Shown one piece after another: positions 1-14,700 of a stretch of DNA of 64,000 nucleotides (its first letter is position 1; each line of letters begins with the position of its first letter). Source of the stretch: Leucoraja ocellata. Taxonomy: Eukaryota. The stretch lies in contig JAWMAR010000201.1 in the NCBI GenBank assembly GCA_036785375.1, forward strand, positions 1,922,001 through 1,986,000. Reading direction: 5' to 3'. The translations under genes and the position numbers were made by a program. Below the pieces are notes generated by a model, which saw only the letters and a program-made list of their open reading frames with translations, searched no databases and was not told where the DNA came from.

Positions 1-430
1 AGACTGGGCTTGTATTCACTGCACTTTAGAAGGATGAGAGGGTATTTGATGTAAACAAAAAATTATAAAAGGACTGGACAAGCTAGATGCAGGAAAAATG
101 TTCCCAAAGTTGGGGGAATCCAGAATGCCGGGGCCATAGTCTGGGAATAAAGGGGAGGACATTTAAAACTGAGATGAGGAAAAAAACACTTTTCACGCAT
201 ATTCTGAATTTGTGGAATTCTCTACAACAGAAGGCAGTGGAGGCCAATTCATTTGATGCATTTAAAAGAGAGTTGGATAGAGCTATTGGGGCTAGCAGAC
301 TCAAGGGGTATGGGGGAAGGCAGGCACGGATTACTGATTGTGGATGATCAGCCATGATGACAATGAATGGCGGAGTGGCTTGAAAGGCCGAATGGCCTCC
401 TCCTACACCTATTGTATATGTTTCTATGTA
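1..430 (+). mobile_element. CR1/HER1-type LINE 3' end
   Basis: RGHSLGIKGRTFKTEMRK..LNLWNSL..AVEA C-terminal motif; 3' UTR gatcagccatgat..gggccgaatggcct. Confidence 0.85.
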
Positions 431-974
431 TTTGTTTCCATTAAATGCAGGCTGAGTCGATTGTGATATCTGACTTTTGAGGAGAATTACGAGGATTGGT
501 CACTATTATGAGTGGTTAATTTCTACACGGAAGGCTCAATTATATACTCAACATAACACGATTATATCTTCGAATCATGTCATTTTCAAAATTGCCTGAA
601 CCTTGGTGCAACAGGCAGCCTGTTTATCAACTGAAAAACAATTTATCAGTCAATGCAAGCCGTATTAGAGGAAAAGTACAATAATATTTTGTCCCAGCTT
701 GGTTTCACCAAAAATAATTAATTTTCTTAAGTAGAAGTAAATTAACATTGTTGACCTTCACGTTATTTTAACATTGTAAATGCTAATTTGGTAATCTACT
801 AGAGAACAAGGCATATGTGGCCAAACCAAAATTAGCATGCGAATCCTACTCGATTTTCCATCCGACATTTTGACACCATGACGTAAGACGCTGCGTGCGC
901 ATCGTAGTATTCCTCATTGAGATATTCATATATTCTTCCTCTCAGAGACAAAACTTATTAATGTTAGTGTGTAA

Positions 975-1540
975 AACACGAACATGGTGCATCACAACAT
1001 TGTTTGCGAACAGCCCCATCTAAGACCGCAAGAAATTGCAGAGAATTGTGGACACAGCAGAGACCATCGCACAAACCAACCTCTCTTCCGCAGACACCAT
1101 TCACACCGCAAGCTGCCACGGCAAGGCCACCAGCATAATCAAGGACGAGTCGCTCACCGGTCATTCCCTCTTCTTCGCTCTCCCATGAGGTAAGAAGAAC
1201 AGAAGTGTCAAAACGTCCATGTCCTAGCTGTTATCGGGCAACTAAACCATCCAATGAACCAATAGAGAGCAAACATATTATCTACCTCATTGGAGACCCT
1301 CTCTTATCTTTGATCGGAATTTACTGGGACGTCGGTTCTCAGGCCTATCTGGTCGAAGGCGACGGAGGAAGGCCCCGCAGGAACCTGGAGCTTACCGGGA
1401 TCGGAAGACGCTTAAGTAGACCGAGCGCTCCGGCGGACAGACTTTGGACTTTGGGGATAGCACCAAAAATGACGCCATCTGCATGTTCAAATGTTGAAAA
1501 AAGTTTTTACTGTGCACTCGTACGTGAGAAATAAAACACC
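975..1540 (+). mobile_element. Degenerate Rex1-like LINE 3' fragment
   Basis: Resembles the 28850-29460 fragment (gttt..gaacagc..ccat..aagaccgcaagaaattgcagagaattgtgga). Confidence 0.5.
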
Positions 1541-2674
1541 ACTGAACAAATTAAAATGGTGCTTTCAGCTGCTTTATAATTTCAATTCAGATTTCGTTAG
1601 GTGTGGATTGTAAGGGCCCCATATAAAACTTCTCAACAGTATTTTTTTCAGTTTTCTCTTTCATGGTAATGACACAACACTGAGTAGATAAAGCAGTCGA
1701 ATGCCGGTTGATGTACATACCAAACGACGTAACACCATAGTGTTACGAAAGGCACAATAGATTTATCTATGCCCAATATGAACAGTAGCATCGAGTACAT
1801 TTTAACAGGTAAATGTTTAAATAATAATTTAATTGCTATTGCTTTGGTTACAATCGAAATATTTGAAAAAAAAATTGGTTAAACGATTTCCTGAAGAGAG
1901 AAATATTGAATAGCTCCCCAATAGATTCATACACATGGTACCAAGCAGTGTGTTTCAAAAATTAACTATATTATATACTCTGCAAATATTGTATTTTTAC
2001 CCAATAAATTTAATAAGATTGTGAAACCATCCAATGAACCAATAGAGATGAAAGGATGGATATCCAGTCATCTTCAATGTGAGCTGCTGGGACGTAGAAA
2101 TATCATGTATAGCTTAATTCTTATAAGCATATCCAACCGCAGAGTAGTTAGCTTGTGGCGTTAGATATTCCATCAAGATAACTGCCATACAAGGTCTTAA
2201 TCCTGTAGTGTGCAGATACACGGAAACTAAAAACAGCGGATTGTCAAATGACATATTCAGTCACTGCATCTCCATTTCTACCCACATAAATAGTTTTCTC
2301 GCAACTTGACGTTAATGCAGATTATAAAAAAAAACGTGTCAATATTCGGAGTGTCCTCCTAGTATTACTTTGGAACGACGCCAATGGAGTATGCAGGAAA
2401 CAAAATAGGCAATGAATGTAAAGCAATATCCCACTGATAGAGAAGGATGGGGAAAAACATGCGGCGAATGGGCAACAGCGAAGCTCGAGCTTTGCGTTTT
2501 CTATATGTATGCAAAAATATAGCATGAAAACAATGCAGCACTCTCTCAACATTGGCATTCATTGTTTAAACAGCGGCTGCGTGTCCATGTCCTCCATAGC
2601 AGGCAAATTCAATTTTCAATCGAATCAGTGCAGAACTACATCTGCAGCTATACACACACATCCCTTTTTTTCAG

Positions 2675-2710
2675 ATCTACACGACCTAAAATTCGGTTTT
2701 GAAGAAACAG
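2675..2710 (+). CDS. Microexon, 36 nt: (D)[11 protein letters not shown]
   Basis: cccttttttttcag|ATCTAC...GAAACAG|gtcagt; the GAAACAG|gtcag end matches the 36-nt class. Confidence 0.8.
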
Positions 2711-5700
2711 GTCAGTGGAAGTGTTTAATTTCATTTTCCCAAGATAGATAAGTATTCGCATTGGTTTATGCTTCGTTCCATTCAGTGTTTGATATGTGTC
2801 ATGCCATCCATCATTTTTGGAATCAAAACATTATTACATCGGCAAGCTCGTTTGAAAACAATAGAATATACGACAAAGACACATAGAAAACCTCACTGAT
2901 TCATCTAACTCAAGTCGTTAAGAGTGTTTTATTGCCATATGTCCCGAAAAGGACAATGAATTTTGTACTTGCTGCATCACAACAGGTGAAATGCGGCTTT
3001 GATAGGACGCAGTGTAGGAGTGAACGGGTCCTTTTCAGAATGGCAGGCAGTGGCGAGTTCAGTGCCGCAAGGCTCGGTGTTGGGGGCCGCATCTGTTTAC
3101 CATATATATTAATGATTTGGAAGAGGGATTTAGGAGCAACACTAGCACTTGCGGATGACACAAAGCTGGGTGGCAGTGTGAACTGTGAAAAGGATGTTAG
3201 GAGGTTGCAGGGTGACCTGGACAGGTTGAGTGAGTGGGAAGATGCGTGACATATGCAGTACAATATAGATATAGAGTTGCTACTGCATTTTGTGTCGTTG
3301 CGAAGACGGGATTGTTTGGACGTGCGGACGGACTGCTCCATTCCTGCCTCTGAGGTACATTATTAAGTCTTGCCAAGTACCTTTCCACCAATTCATTAAT
3401 AATATTCGCCATCATTTTTACGCAGACTGTCGTACACTAACAGATCTATGGTTAATTTTATTTTTATAAAATAAGCAAATGGGTTGCTTAAACTCGCTAA
3501 AATATCGTATAGGCAAATGGGTTGCTGAAACTTTCTAAACTATCAAGCTATTTCTTAGATATTGTATTCCTATTCTAATTTTCTTACATTCGATATGAAT
3601 ACCTTTATTGATATTAGATCATTTATTTTCAGCAAGCAAATTAAACGCAAGGAATACAGGTAACAGAGTACATTAAAAACTCATTTGACTAAATAGTGTG
3701 ATTCTGAATTCAGTCACGCGGTCCAGCACAGTGAGCATAATAGCTTCCAGCTTCGAGCAACTGTTCACGGCCTTCCACATGTAACTATATCAATATAACT
3801 ATATTTAAGTATTTGTCACGTAACTACTTATATACAGTTTCGCGATTTACATTCACCACTCTCATTACATGCCAATAAAATATCGTTAACACATCCCTCA
3901 CAAAGAACCTGATCAATTTTCTAATCGTAATTTCACATTGTTTGTCATCCATTCTGTTTGCCTTATCAGTTTTTCAACTATCAAAGTTTTTCATCATTTT
4001 TTCCCCGTCGTATGCATTTATGTTTCGAGAAGCGACTCTGTGTCTCTAGTTATTTGTTTCCCGAGATAAAAACTCACTTATTTTTCCATACTGATATAAT
4101 ACGATTTCAACGTTTCACTTCTATCGGAATATACTTGGCAAAACTCGTAGTATTGGATAAAGGTGCAAATTATCTTGCATTGCTTTTTGTTTTATATAGC
4201 ATATGCTTTACAATTCAGTGCCGCCAAATAAAAGCTAACTTTTGATTCTATTTTTGATAGCCACGCTGCACGCTTTCACTTTACGACAGCCATAGTTAAA
4301 ACATGAGAGTGTTCATGACATCACAACATTTCTAATTCTTCCACAGCCCTACCACCATACTAAAGATTGCATACGTTATTAGCACTCCGGATGAAAAATC
4401 GGCAAACTATTCAAGTTTCCATGGCAATCTTGGGAGGTTATTTGTCAGTTGATGTAAATAACTCGCCATTTCAAGATTCACCAACCCTCGCACCATTTCC
4501 CCATCGCCACAGAGAGAACCGATTCCTTGAATTCTCCATCTAGGATCCTATGCAATAAGTCGTTGACCTACTGGACTCCCCCACACTACCCCCCCCCCCC
4601 TCCCCCCACCCACCCCTACCCCCCCCTTCACGTCAATGACCCAAATATCTTCCTTCGTCGCCCATACTTGTTGAACTTGTCATTATTATCCATAGAAATG
4701 CACGTTCAATCACTATGCCAGCAAAATGGAATTACTTTATAATACCCTTGTACATATGATCATTTTTATATTTGTCAGAAGCAAAATATATCTTCTCAAT
4801 GTACCTTCCAAAGCGCATTGTGCTCATATGCCCTCGCGATAGGAATTAACTGGACGGGTATTCTTCTGATTGTTGCATCTATGCGTAGGTAAATGTTCAA
4901 AAAAACGTTGTGTAGCACGTAAATCTTGATAATGTTTCATATTTTATTATCTTTAGCAACGTGTTTCTAATTTTTCGCTGGCTTGTAGAAGACTGTTTTT
5001 TGTTTGTTTGGTTTATATTTCGCGTGCTAGGCAATCACAATCTATTTATCCTATTCAGTGCATGTCATCCGCATACGTCTCGAACCCCTCATTGTCTCCC
5101 TCTGCTATAATTAGCATAACATAAATAATGCAATAACAAGGAACTGCTGATGCTGGTTTACCAAGGGAAGGCACAAAATGCTGGAGTAACTGTGCGGGAA
5201 ATAGGAAAGGTAACGTTCCCGATCTGAGGATGGGTCCCGACCCGAAATGTCACCAAGCCATGTTCTCCAGGGAAGATACGTGACCTACTGAGATACTCCA
5301 GCATTTCATGTATTATATTCGATATAATCCCCCTATTTACCCTATCCCCCTCGCAGGTTGCAAAAATTATACACAGTATGGCACAAACAGTAAAACTAGG
5401 TTCATGAACATATGTAGAACTGGCGCAACAAATATTGATGCTGAGGCACATTTCCAAGGACTCGAGTTCAATTTTCTCCCAGCGGATTAAATTTGAAACG
5501 TTTCATTCATCTTCCCATGACATCGTCTGTTCCCCGTGTGCTCAAGCAACAGGGTATATCAAAGTATATGAACATTGAATTCTCCCAATTTTGCTAGCCC
5601 TTGCAGTCTCCTCCCCTTCCTTAACCCTCGAGCTGTCTCCTCCCATCCCCCCGCCCTCGGGCTCCTCCTCCTCCCTTTTTTTTCCTTCTTTCTCACCCCC

Positions 5701-8700
5701 CCCCCCCCCCCCCCCGCCACCCCCCATCAGTCTGAAGAAGGGTTTCAGCCCGAAATGTCGCCTATTTCCTTCGCTCCATAGATGCTGCTGCACCCACTGA
5801 GTTTCTCCAGCAATTTTGTGTACCTAGGGTATATCAAAGATATGTCCGGCTCTCTTACTTTTTCCGATACGTTTCTCGTTAGTGTAGTTGAAAGACGGGA
5901 TAATTGAGGAGTCTGTTGTGCAGTGAGACATAATACGTTGATTCGGAGGGTTTAAGAGACAGTTAGGAAATCTTTGAGACAGACGTAATATTGATCGAAC
6001 GATTGACATCCCCACATGCCATAATGTAAATGCTAAAATATGAGTTATATGTAATACTACTTTTGATCTGATGTTTAAAATCATAACAGATCACTTTATA
6101 TGTAGTGAACTGGGTTGTTTTCTTTTTCGCTCCCTCGTACTTATCATTAGCGTAGTCACTGGGCCATTATTTTCCCGTTTCCCTGCGTTTAGAATACGCA
6201 CAAGACGTTCAGGATAGACCGCCACTCTCTGTGGTTCGTTAAAATACGACAGGATACATAGAATAGATATAGGACGGACGCTTTCGGTGCTCAGGACATG
6301 GAGCAACAGGTTCAAGATGGATGTAAGCAGTAGGGCGTCCACTCAATTGCGAAACCTTTGGACTTTTTAGCAACAGACGGCGATGGTGGCTACGTTGCCG
6401 AATATTTTTTAATAATAACATATGTAAATGTTTCGACACAAAATACATCGTTAACTGCGGGTGGGAATGACAACATCGTGTTCGGATGGAGGAGAAACCA
6501 AGATTTTAGTGAATATCCGATCACAAGCTAAGCTCCCAAACACTAATCCCTGTTCCCACTTTCTACGAATCCGAGTATAGACATCATAACAACCGTGACA
6601 CCGTAACGTCGTAACATCTGATATTTCAAATTAATTTTTGAAATATCAGAGGTATTTGCATTATTTGCCCTGTCACGCAAATATGTGACGAGTGTCATTA
6701 ATTCCGTGGAACAGAACATTTGGCAGTTTTTCTTTGAATGGTAATATACAAAGTCATCGTTGCGTTCCCAAGCAACTCCATCGAAACCATGCTGCAGCAA
6801 AATTATAGCATAGGATTATAGTTAATTCCGATAAAAATCAACACAGCAGAAACATCGCTGCGACTTGGTAGGAAATCATTTGTTAGTTTGGTTTTATTAG
6901 TTTTATTTCGGAGTTTATATTTTATTTCCAACAAGCCGGATCTCTTTCAATTCTCTACTTGGGTGCACATTGAGGTGTTTGTAATGCAACTCACCCTGAG
7001 GACAGCAGTCGGATGTTCTCCGCGATGGCTTATAGACAGTTAAACTGCTAACAACTGAGAGGAGGAAATATGGATTATATATTATTTTAGATGTATTTCA
7101 ATATGCATTTTGGGGCGCAATAATATTAACAATGCTACATATTTGTGAGTTAACAAGATCTCTATATTTTTCATGTCAGAATTCAACAATCTCAATAAAG
7201 ATTATTCAAGTATGGGTGAGGACAATGTCGCTGTAATTACGCAAAGAAGGAAAAGAGCCGATTACGAACTATACTAAAATTCAAGTAATAATGATTCGAT
7301 TTGAATATAAGGAAATCTAGTTCTATCTGTGGTAAATAGTATTATAATGTAATCATTTAAGACTATGTCATTTGTTTTGGCATTGACTGCCATTTTTAGA
7401 TAATAATGGTTAAAACGGGACACGAAACAATTCAGACGAAATAAAAATACATTTCAACCTAAATTGTCCGTGCTGAACAGGATGCCAAGTTAAAATAATC
7501 TCTTCTCCATGCACGTGATCCATATCCCTCCAACCCCTGCATATCAATGTGGCTATATAAAAGCCTCTGAATGTCACCATAGTATCTGCTTCCACCACGA
7601 CACCACGTACACACCGCTATCTGTGTAAAAACAATCGTCCCTGCACATCTCCTTTAATCTTTGTCCGTTTCACTTTAAAGCTATGCCCTTTGATATTGGC
7701 ACGTTGGGAAAAACATTATGACTGTCCACCATCTTATAGTTATATACAATCTGCACACTTCACTGCAAGTCTTCCCGATTCGTCCAGTAATATGGGAACT
7801 AGAACTGCACACAATACTCCACAAGTGACCTAACCAATTAATATCAAGCCGCAACATAAAGTCCGGACTTTTATACTCAACATCACGATCGCGGCAGACA
7901 AGCAGACCAATCGTGTTATTCTATTTGCTCTAGCTATTTGTTTTGCCGCTTTCAAGGAACTATGTACATCAATTGTGTTAACGGTCTTGCCATTAACTGC
8001 AACTATTCCCGTTACATATGGCCTCCCAAAGTGCAACCCCACCTCATGCGAGCTCGGATGCAACAACATCTGCAATTTTCCCGCCAATTTCTGTAAGGTA
8101 TTTTTCATCCGCGGTGTATTCTGGCATTTTTCATCACAGTTCGCAACTCCATCAATTGGGTGTTATCTGTACGATATACTAACCAACCCAATGCAATTTA
8201 CGTCCAAGTCGTTTATATATGCCACATATACAAGAGGTTACAACACAAATCATTGCAGAACCCCCTTGGTCATAAACCTCCCCCGAAATTATATTCTTCC
8301 ACCACAACCCACTGCATTCCATGCGTAAAATGTTAGTAAATCACAACGACCAAGTCTCCGTGAATCCCGTGCATCTTAATCTTCCCTATTCCCCTACCAA
8401 GAAAACGTTATCAAATGTTGCACTAAAATCCACGTGGACAATATCCACTGCCCTACCCTCGACGACCATTTGCGTCACCACATGAAAAAATTGCATTCAA
8501 TTTCACACTTCTTGAGTTGCCACAGACAAAGTCATACTCACTGCCCATAATTAGCCATTCTCGCCCAAAGCGCATGTGTCCAATCAAGAAGAATTTTCTC
8601 AAATGATTTGCATACGTGTGACGTGAGGTTCATCGGCCTATAATTTTCTCAGTTATCTGGACATTTTTTGAACAAGGAAACAACACATTAGCTGCTCTCC

Positions 8701-11700
8701 GGTCGTACGCGACTTCGCCTGTTGCTGGAGAACATACAAACATCTTCGTTGGGGAAGATGTCTGTACGTCTTTGGCCTACCCAATACCCTAGGATAGATC
8801 TCATCGGGATCTGGGGATTGATCCCTCTTAATGGGCACGAGCCATTGCATCACCTGCTCCTTGATCGCAAACTCCTCTGACATATTTATATTTCGGCGTC
8901 GATCTCCCTGTCATCCATTTCCATCTTCTCGTTAAACAAAATTGCGCAGTACTCGTCTAATTGCGCCCTTACATCCTCTACTTCCAAGCATCCATTCCCT
9001 ATGTTTTTCCATGAGCGGTACATCCTTCTCCCTGGCAATCCTTTTGCATTTAGTGTACGTGTAAAAAGCTTTCGGATTTTCTTTGATCAGATCCGCCAAT
9101 GACAATCTCCCCAACCCCGGCCCGATTTGACCGTTCCATTGGCCCATTTGAGTTATGTCTTGCTGGATTTATATTCCTCAGCCCTATCAGATTTCATCTT
9201 TCTACTCATTGCATACGGAAGATTGCATTCCATTCCACTGAAAAATACAAAATGTGGCGTATTTAATCTAAGTGAATTGGATGAGAATAAAAAGCAAGGA
9301 ACCGCCAGTTTACTGATTGCCCGACACGAGAAAACATGCGACAATCGAATTGTTAAAGATTATACAGCAGGATACGTGGAAATATGTTAATATTCAGAGA
9401 TTAATTTCAAGAGATAGTTCGATTTCGCTCTTGGGACCCACAGAATTAAGGGATATGGGGAAAAAGCAGGAACGGGGTATAGATTTTAGATGATCAGCCA
9501 TAATCATATTGAATGGCTCAAAGGGCCGAATGGCCTATTCCTGCACGTATTTTTTCTATGCTTCTATGTTTCTATTGTCGACAAGTAACTCATGGTTAAG
9601 TAACGGTGAATCAATACGGATATCAGATTGGTTGGGTGATACAAGGCAAAGAGTGGTAATAAAGGGGGCTCTTTCTGGTTGGCTGCCAGAGACTAGCGGA
9701 GTCTCCCAGGGCTCGCGGTTGGGGGCGCTGCTCTTCGCGTTGTATATTGTTGGTTTGTTGATGGTAGTGAAGGCTTTGTGGGAAAGTTTGCGGATGATAC
9801 AAAAAATAGGTGGAGGGGAAGATAGTGCAGAGACAGCAGGGATTATGCAGAAAGACTTGAATTGAATGAGAGAGTGGGCAGAGAAGTGGCAGATGGAATA
9901 TAGTGTAGCAAATAGTGAAGTCAATATTTTGGTAGTTGGAATAAAGGCGTAGATCATTTTCTAAATGGGGAGAGAATCCAGAAATCATAGGTGCAAATGG
10001 ACTTGCGAGTGCTGGTGCAGGATTTCCAAAAAGTTAATCTACAAGTCGAAACGGTAATAAAGAAAAGAAACGAAATGCTAGCATATATTTTTAGTGGACT
10101 GGTATACAAAAATAGGAATGCAAAGCTGAGGCTCCACGAGGCGCTAGTCAGGCTGCATGGGGAATATTGTGAGTAATCATTGGCATTGTATCTGGGGAAG
10201 GATGTGCTGACGCTGGACATGGTCTATAGGAGGTTTATAAGAATGAGTGAGTATGAAGAGCGTTTGACGGCACTGGGCCTGCACTCGCAGGAGATTACAA
10301 GAATGACGGAGACCTCGGTTAATCTTACAGAATAGTGAAAGGCTTGGATAGAATGGATGTTGAGAGGATGTTTCCACTAGTGGGAGAGTCTAGGACGAGA
10401 GGTCATATATTCTGAATTAAATGACATTATTTTAGAAAGGTATTGTGGAGGAATTTATTTAGTGAGAGGGTGGTGAATCTGTAGAATTCTTTGCAACAGA
10501 AGGCTGTGGATATGTTTAAGGCAGAAATAGATAGATTTAACATTAGTACGGGTGTCAGATGTTATGAGGAGAAGGCAGGAGAATGGGGTTCGGATGCAGA
10601 GATAGATCAGCCATGAATGAATGGCGAGTAGATGATGGGCAGTATAGCCTAGTTTCTACTACTATCACGATCTTATGAATTCAATTTCTTCGGCGCATTT
10701 GCATCTAGCTTTATAGCCGAAAATGATGAAACCATATTTTCTGAATGACAGGTGCAATTTGCCGCTCATTGATCGGAATGTTGAGTGGAATTCGGTTAAA
10801 ATCAAAGTCAGCCACAAATTTAGTTAATTACATTGCAGGTTCAGGTTCAAGGGGGGGGGGGGGGGGGGGGGGGTGGATGGGGAGGGGGAGGGGGATGGGT
10901 GGGGAGGGAGAGGGGGAGGGNNNNNNNNNNNNNNNNNNNNNNNNNNNNNNNNNNNNNNNNNNNNNNNNNNNNNNNNNNNNNNNNNNNNNNNNNNNNNNNN
11001 NNNNNNNNNNNNNNNNNNNNNNNNNNNNNNNNNNNNNNNNNNNNNNNNNNNNNNNNNNNNNNNNNNNNNNNNNNNNNNNNNNNNNNNNNNNNNNNNNNNN
11101 NNNNNNNNNNNNNNNNNNNNAAAATGATGAAACCATATTTTCTGAATGACAGGTGCAATTTGCCGCTCATTGATCGGAATGTTGAGTGGAATTCGGTTAA
11201 AATCAAGTCAGCCACAAATTTAGTTAATTACATAGCAGGTTCAGGTTCAAGGGGGGGGGGGGGGGGGGCATTTTGACGATGACGGTTAACTTGTCAGCTC
11301 AGTTAAGTAGTTAAGGAAACTGGAATGTGACGTGAAAATTAGTGAAACGTTCTGCTGGTGTGCCGCTTAGCCAATACAATAATACGGTCAAAGATTTAGA
11401 AATATCATTAAGGGAAAAATGCTATAACGGGGCAGTCGATATTTGAAAGGATTTCATGCACCTCGAGTCAGCTAAAAGGTAAATGCAAATCCAATGTTTT
11501 GGTGCAGGCATTGACCATGCACTATCGGATAACGTGTCATTATACTTATAGACGAGAGCCTGCGAACGAAAGACACGGGTAAATTGTATATAGCGATTTT
11601 TATTTTGTCGAGAGAAACAACCTTACTATGCTTAACAATCAAAATTGCGATTTGAAAAGCGACATTGTTACTGAACATGTCCCATTCCCATTCCATTAAC

Positions 11701-14700
11701 ATTTAATTCCACACGATTTATTTATAAGGGAATGCACATTGAAGAACATTATTTAATTGAAAATATTATCTGTTGAAGGAGGGAATTTTGTGCCAATGTT
11801 CCTCAATATTAGATCATCTTACCCCTTGATTGATAGTGGTTGCTCTTTATTTATTATTTCGACTTGCAGCCGTCTTACCCATATTTCTCAGATTAAGATT
11901 GTATCACTTCCCCACTGTCCAAACCCTTAATAATCTTATATGTTTCAATAAGATCCCCTCTCATTCTTTTAAATTCCAGAGTATACAAACCCAGCCGCTC
12001 CATTCTCTCAGGATATGACAGTCCCGCCATCCCGCGAATTAATCCTGTAAACATACGCATACTCCCTAAATAGCAAGCATGCGCTTCCTCAAATTTGGAG
12101 ACCAAAACTGCACACAATACTCTAGGTGTGGTCTCACTAAGGCCCTGTACAACTGCAGAACAACCTATTTCCTCCTATACTCCTATACAGGTCGGTGGGG
12201 GGACGCATGCAAGCCCACACAAAACAAATTGCCAGCAGCGTGTTAGTTTTTTCTACTTTAAAAAAAAAATTTGTGTGTCCTAATGTGTGTTTTTGGTGTA
12301 TTTCTGTGTGTCTTGTGTGGGGGTTGGTATGGGGGGGGGGGGGGGGGGTGGGTGAGGGAGAAACCGTTTCGGTCGCCTCCTCCACGACTTTTTCCGTGTC
12401 GCCTCCTTCGTGGCCTAACATCGAGGATCAGTGCGGCCTTTCCCGGACACGCGCCCGGGGCTTCACCGGCGGGCGCAACGTGGACTCTCGGCGTGGAGCA
12501 GGCGAGCACTCGCCGGGGCGCCGGAGGGGAGCGCTCCGTTCGCTGGCCCGCGGCAGTCTGAAGCCGCGGTCTGCGGAGCTGCAGCTGGCGGCGTCCGCAA
12601 CCTGGGATCCCGTTGGGTACCCGGGAGAAGAAGAAGCTCCGACCGCGGGCCCGCGGCCTACTTCTACCGCGGACGCGGCGGGGACTTACCATCTGGAGCG
12701 GGGTCCCTCGCCAGGGCATCCCTGGAGGGGAGCTCCGACCGCCGGCTCTGGGGTCTGCGGTGTTTCCGGCTGCAGCGCGGCAGGATCTTTAGATCTTCGA
12801 CCGCCGGCCTGCCGCATACACCAACCTGAAGCCGCGGTCTACGGTGGGGATGCACCGATTCTGGACTCACCGGGACTTTACATTGTCTACTCACCTGGAC
12901 GTCTGCAGCGGCGACTGTGGAGGGTTGAGGTCCCGACCACGGGGGAAAATGGAGGAGGACTGGCCATTTTTTGTGTCTTCCACCACAGCGATGAATGCTG
13001 TGGTGGATGTTTGTGTTAAATTTATATTGTGTTTTTGGGTGTTCTTTTTTCATTGTACCACTGCTGGCAAATTCATTTCACTTGCACTTTAACACCATCA
13101 TCCAATCAAAATCTCAGATAACTGGGTCTCTGTGCATCCCTTTGTAAATGAAATTAAAGGGAAGATATAGAGGCTTAGGATAAGGTGCACATGGAGTTTA
13201 TCAGAATGCTTCCTGCATTAGAGGGTTTCATCAACAGGGGAGGTTGGACTGAATAAGATTATTTTAATACCCCGAGTCGTATGTGACTAAATTCATATTC
13301 AGGAAATGATCACAAAATTTCTGAAAGTCCAAATTCACCACAGTCGCCGTCCGTCTCCCGTCTTATCCAAAAGCTAAATCCTCAAAAATACGTGAGGTAA
13401 TCAGCGTCTACCTTTCACCAATCCAATGAGATGGTGTTCCGATGCATTTGAACCACAACGAAATGCTTTGAACTATGGCCGTACATATAGTGAGAGTCAT
13501 TCGAATCGCTGGAAAGATCAGGTCAGCATTTCCTCCGCAGTATCCTTTTACACCTACTTTAAATAACAGCAACTGCCAAGTATGTCGTTAAATAGTTCTG
13601 AAGAATTACAATGTATGTACCTAATTCCGCCCAATTAACTTTGAAAATCATGCTTCTGTTTACTGTCGATTTCGCCTCAGAATTTAGCATATTGAAGGCT
13701 ACATTGGACGAAAGAGGTGAGATTGTTTGGTTGGTTGAATTGATTCAAAGATTCTGCATGGAACAGGCCATTCGGCCCACTGAGTCTACTGCGTGGGATA
13801 CGCTCGGTAGCCACTCCCTGCACCCTACACAGTAGTAAATTAACCGATGTCCTCAATTTTTTGAGATATTGAAGGAAACTGGGCCACCCAGGTGACACAG
13901 ACGACGTCAGAGGAAGAACGTGCGTAGGCCACACAAAGAGCTCGCGACGTCTAGATCTAACCGGGGTCTCTGGCGCGTCAAGCAGAAGTTCCAGTAGCTG
14001 CGTCATTGTGCTGCGCCTTTTTAAAGTAATGACTTAATCTGCACAAATGATGACCATCCCTAATAAATCTACTCTTTCCTAGGTGTGCATAAATCCTATC
14101 CATTAGCATTGTTGAGCGATGGGGATGGGACAGAATATTTTGGAGAATTGTCTATCAAAGAGTAGATGGGTCATTTGGTGAGCTGTGCAGGAAATGACTC
14201 GACTTTTTCACAACTTTTTTTCTAGTGCATCGTCTTTGACTAGCTTATTGACTCGTACAGCATGCAGTACAGACCATATTGAGGTCAAACACGGGTTCAT
14301 CTGTGATTCTGCTGGTTCTCTGTTGTCCATACACAAGGAACACGGTTTCCTAATGGCAGGACATTATTGGCATATATAGCGCAGCATAATTCATATTCAT
14401 GCATTTGCCGACCACGATTGTAAATTTGATGAGTGGTAAGGGCTTTGATTGTGTTGCTTATTATTTTACTGTCAAAGAATAATAAACTACAGCATGGCGA
14501 CAGGCCTTACTCCTAACTCGTCCATGGCGACCATTTTCCCGCGTTAATGTCCTCTAAACCTTCCCTACATATGTACCTGCGCCAGTGCCGTTTAAATGTA
14601 TATATTACCTGTCTTATCTAACTACGCTGAAAGCTCTTTCCATGTACTACCAACCATTAGTGAAACATTGTCGTTCAGGCTCCGGTTACATCGTTCCCCT

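Noticed and set aside
946-966. Possible 21-nt exon after tattcttcctctcag
   Set aside because: Good acceptor but weak donor (A|gtgtgt); it does not end in G like all the other exons and abuts a LINE remnant.
1761-1808. Possible 48-nt phase-1 exon ending ACAG|gtaaat
   Set aside because: The donor fits the 27-nt class, but there is no AG at 27 nt, the 48-nt acceptor lacks a pyrimidine tract, and the peptide has no heptad similarity. Left uncalled.
10721-11268. 150-bp direct repeat flanking the 200-N gap
   Set aside because: Near-identical sequence on both sides of a gap ending in poly-G; most likely an unmerged contig overlap, not a real duplication.
12195-13053. Long overlapping ORFs (up to 274 aa)
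   Set aside because: By-product of a GC-rich repeat; open in several frames on both strands with no recognisable domain.
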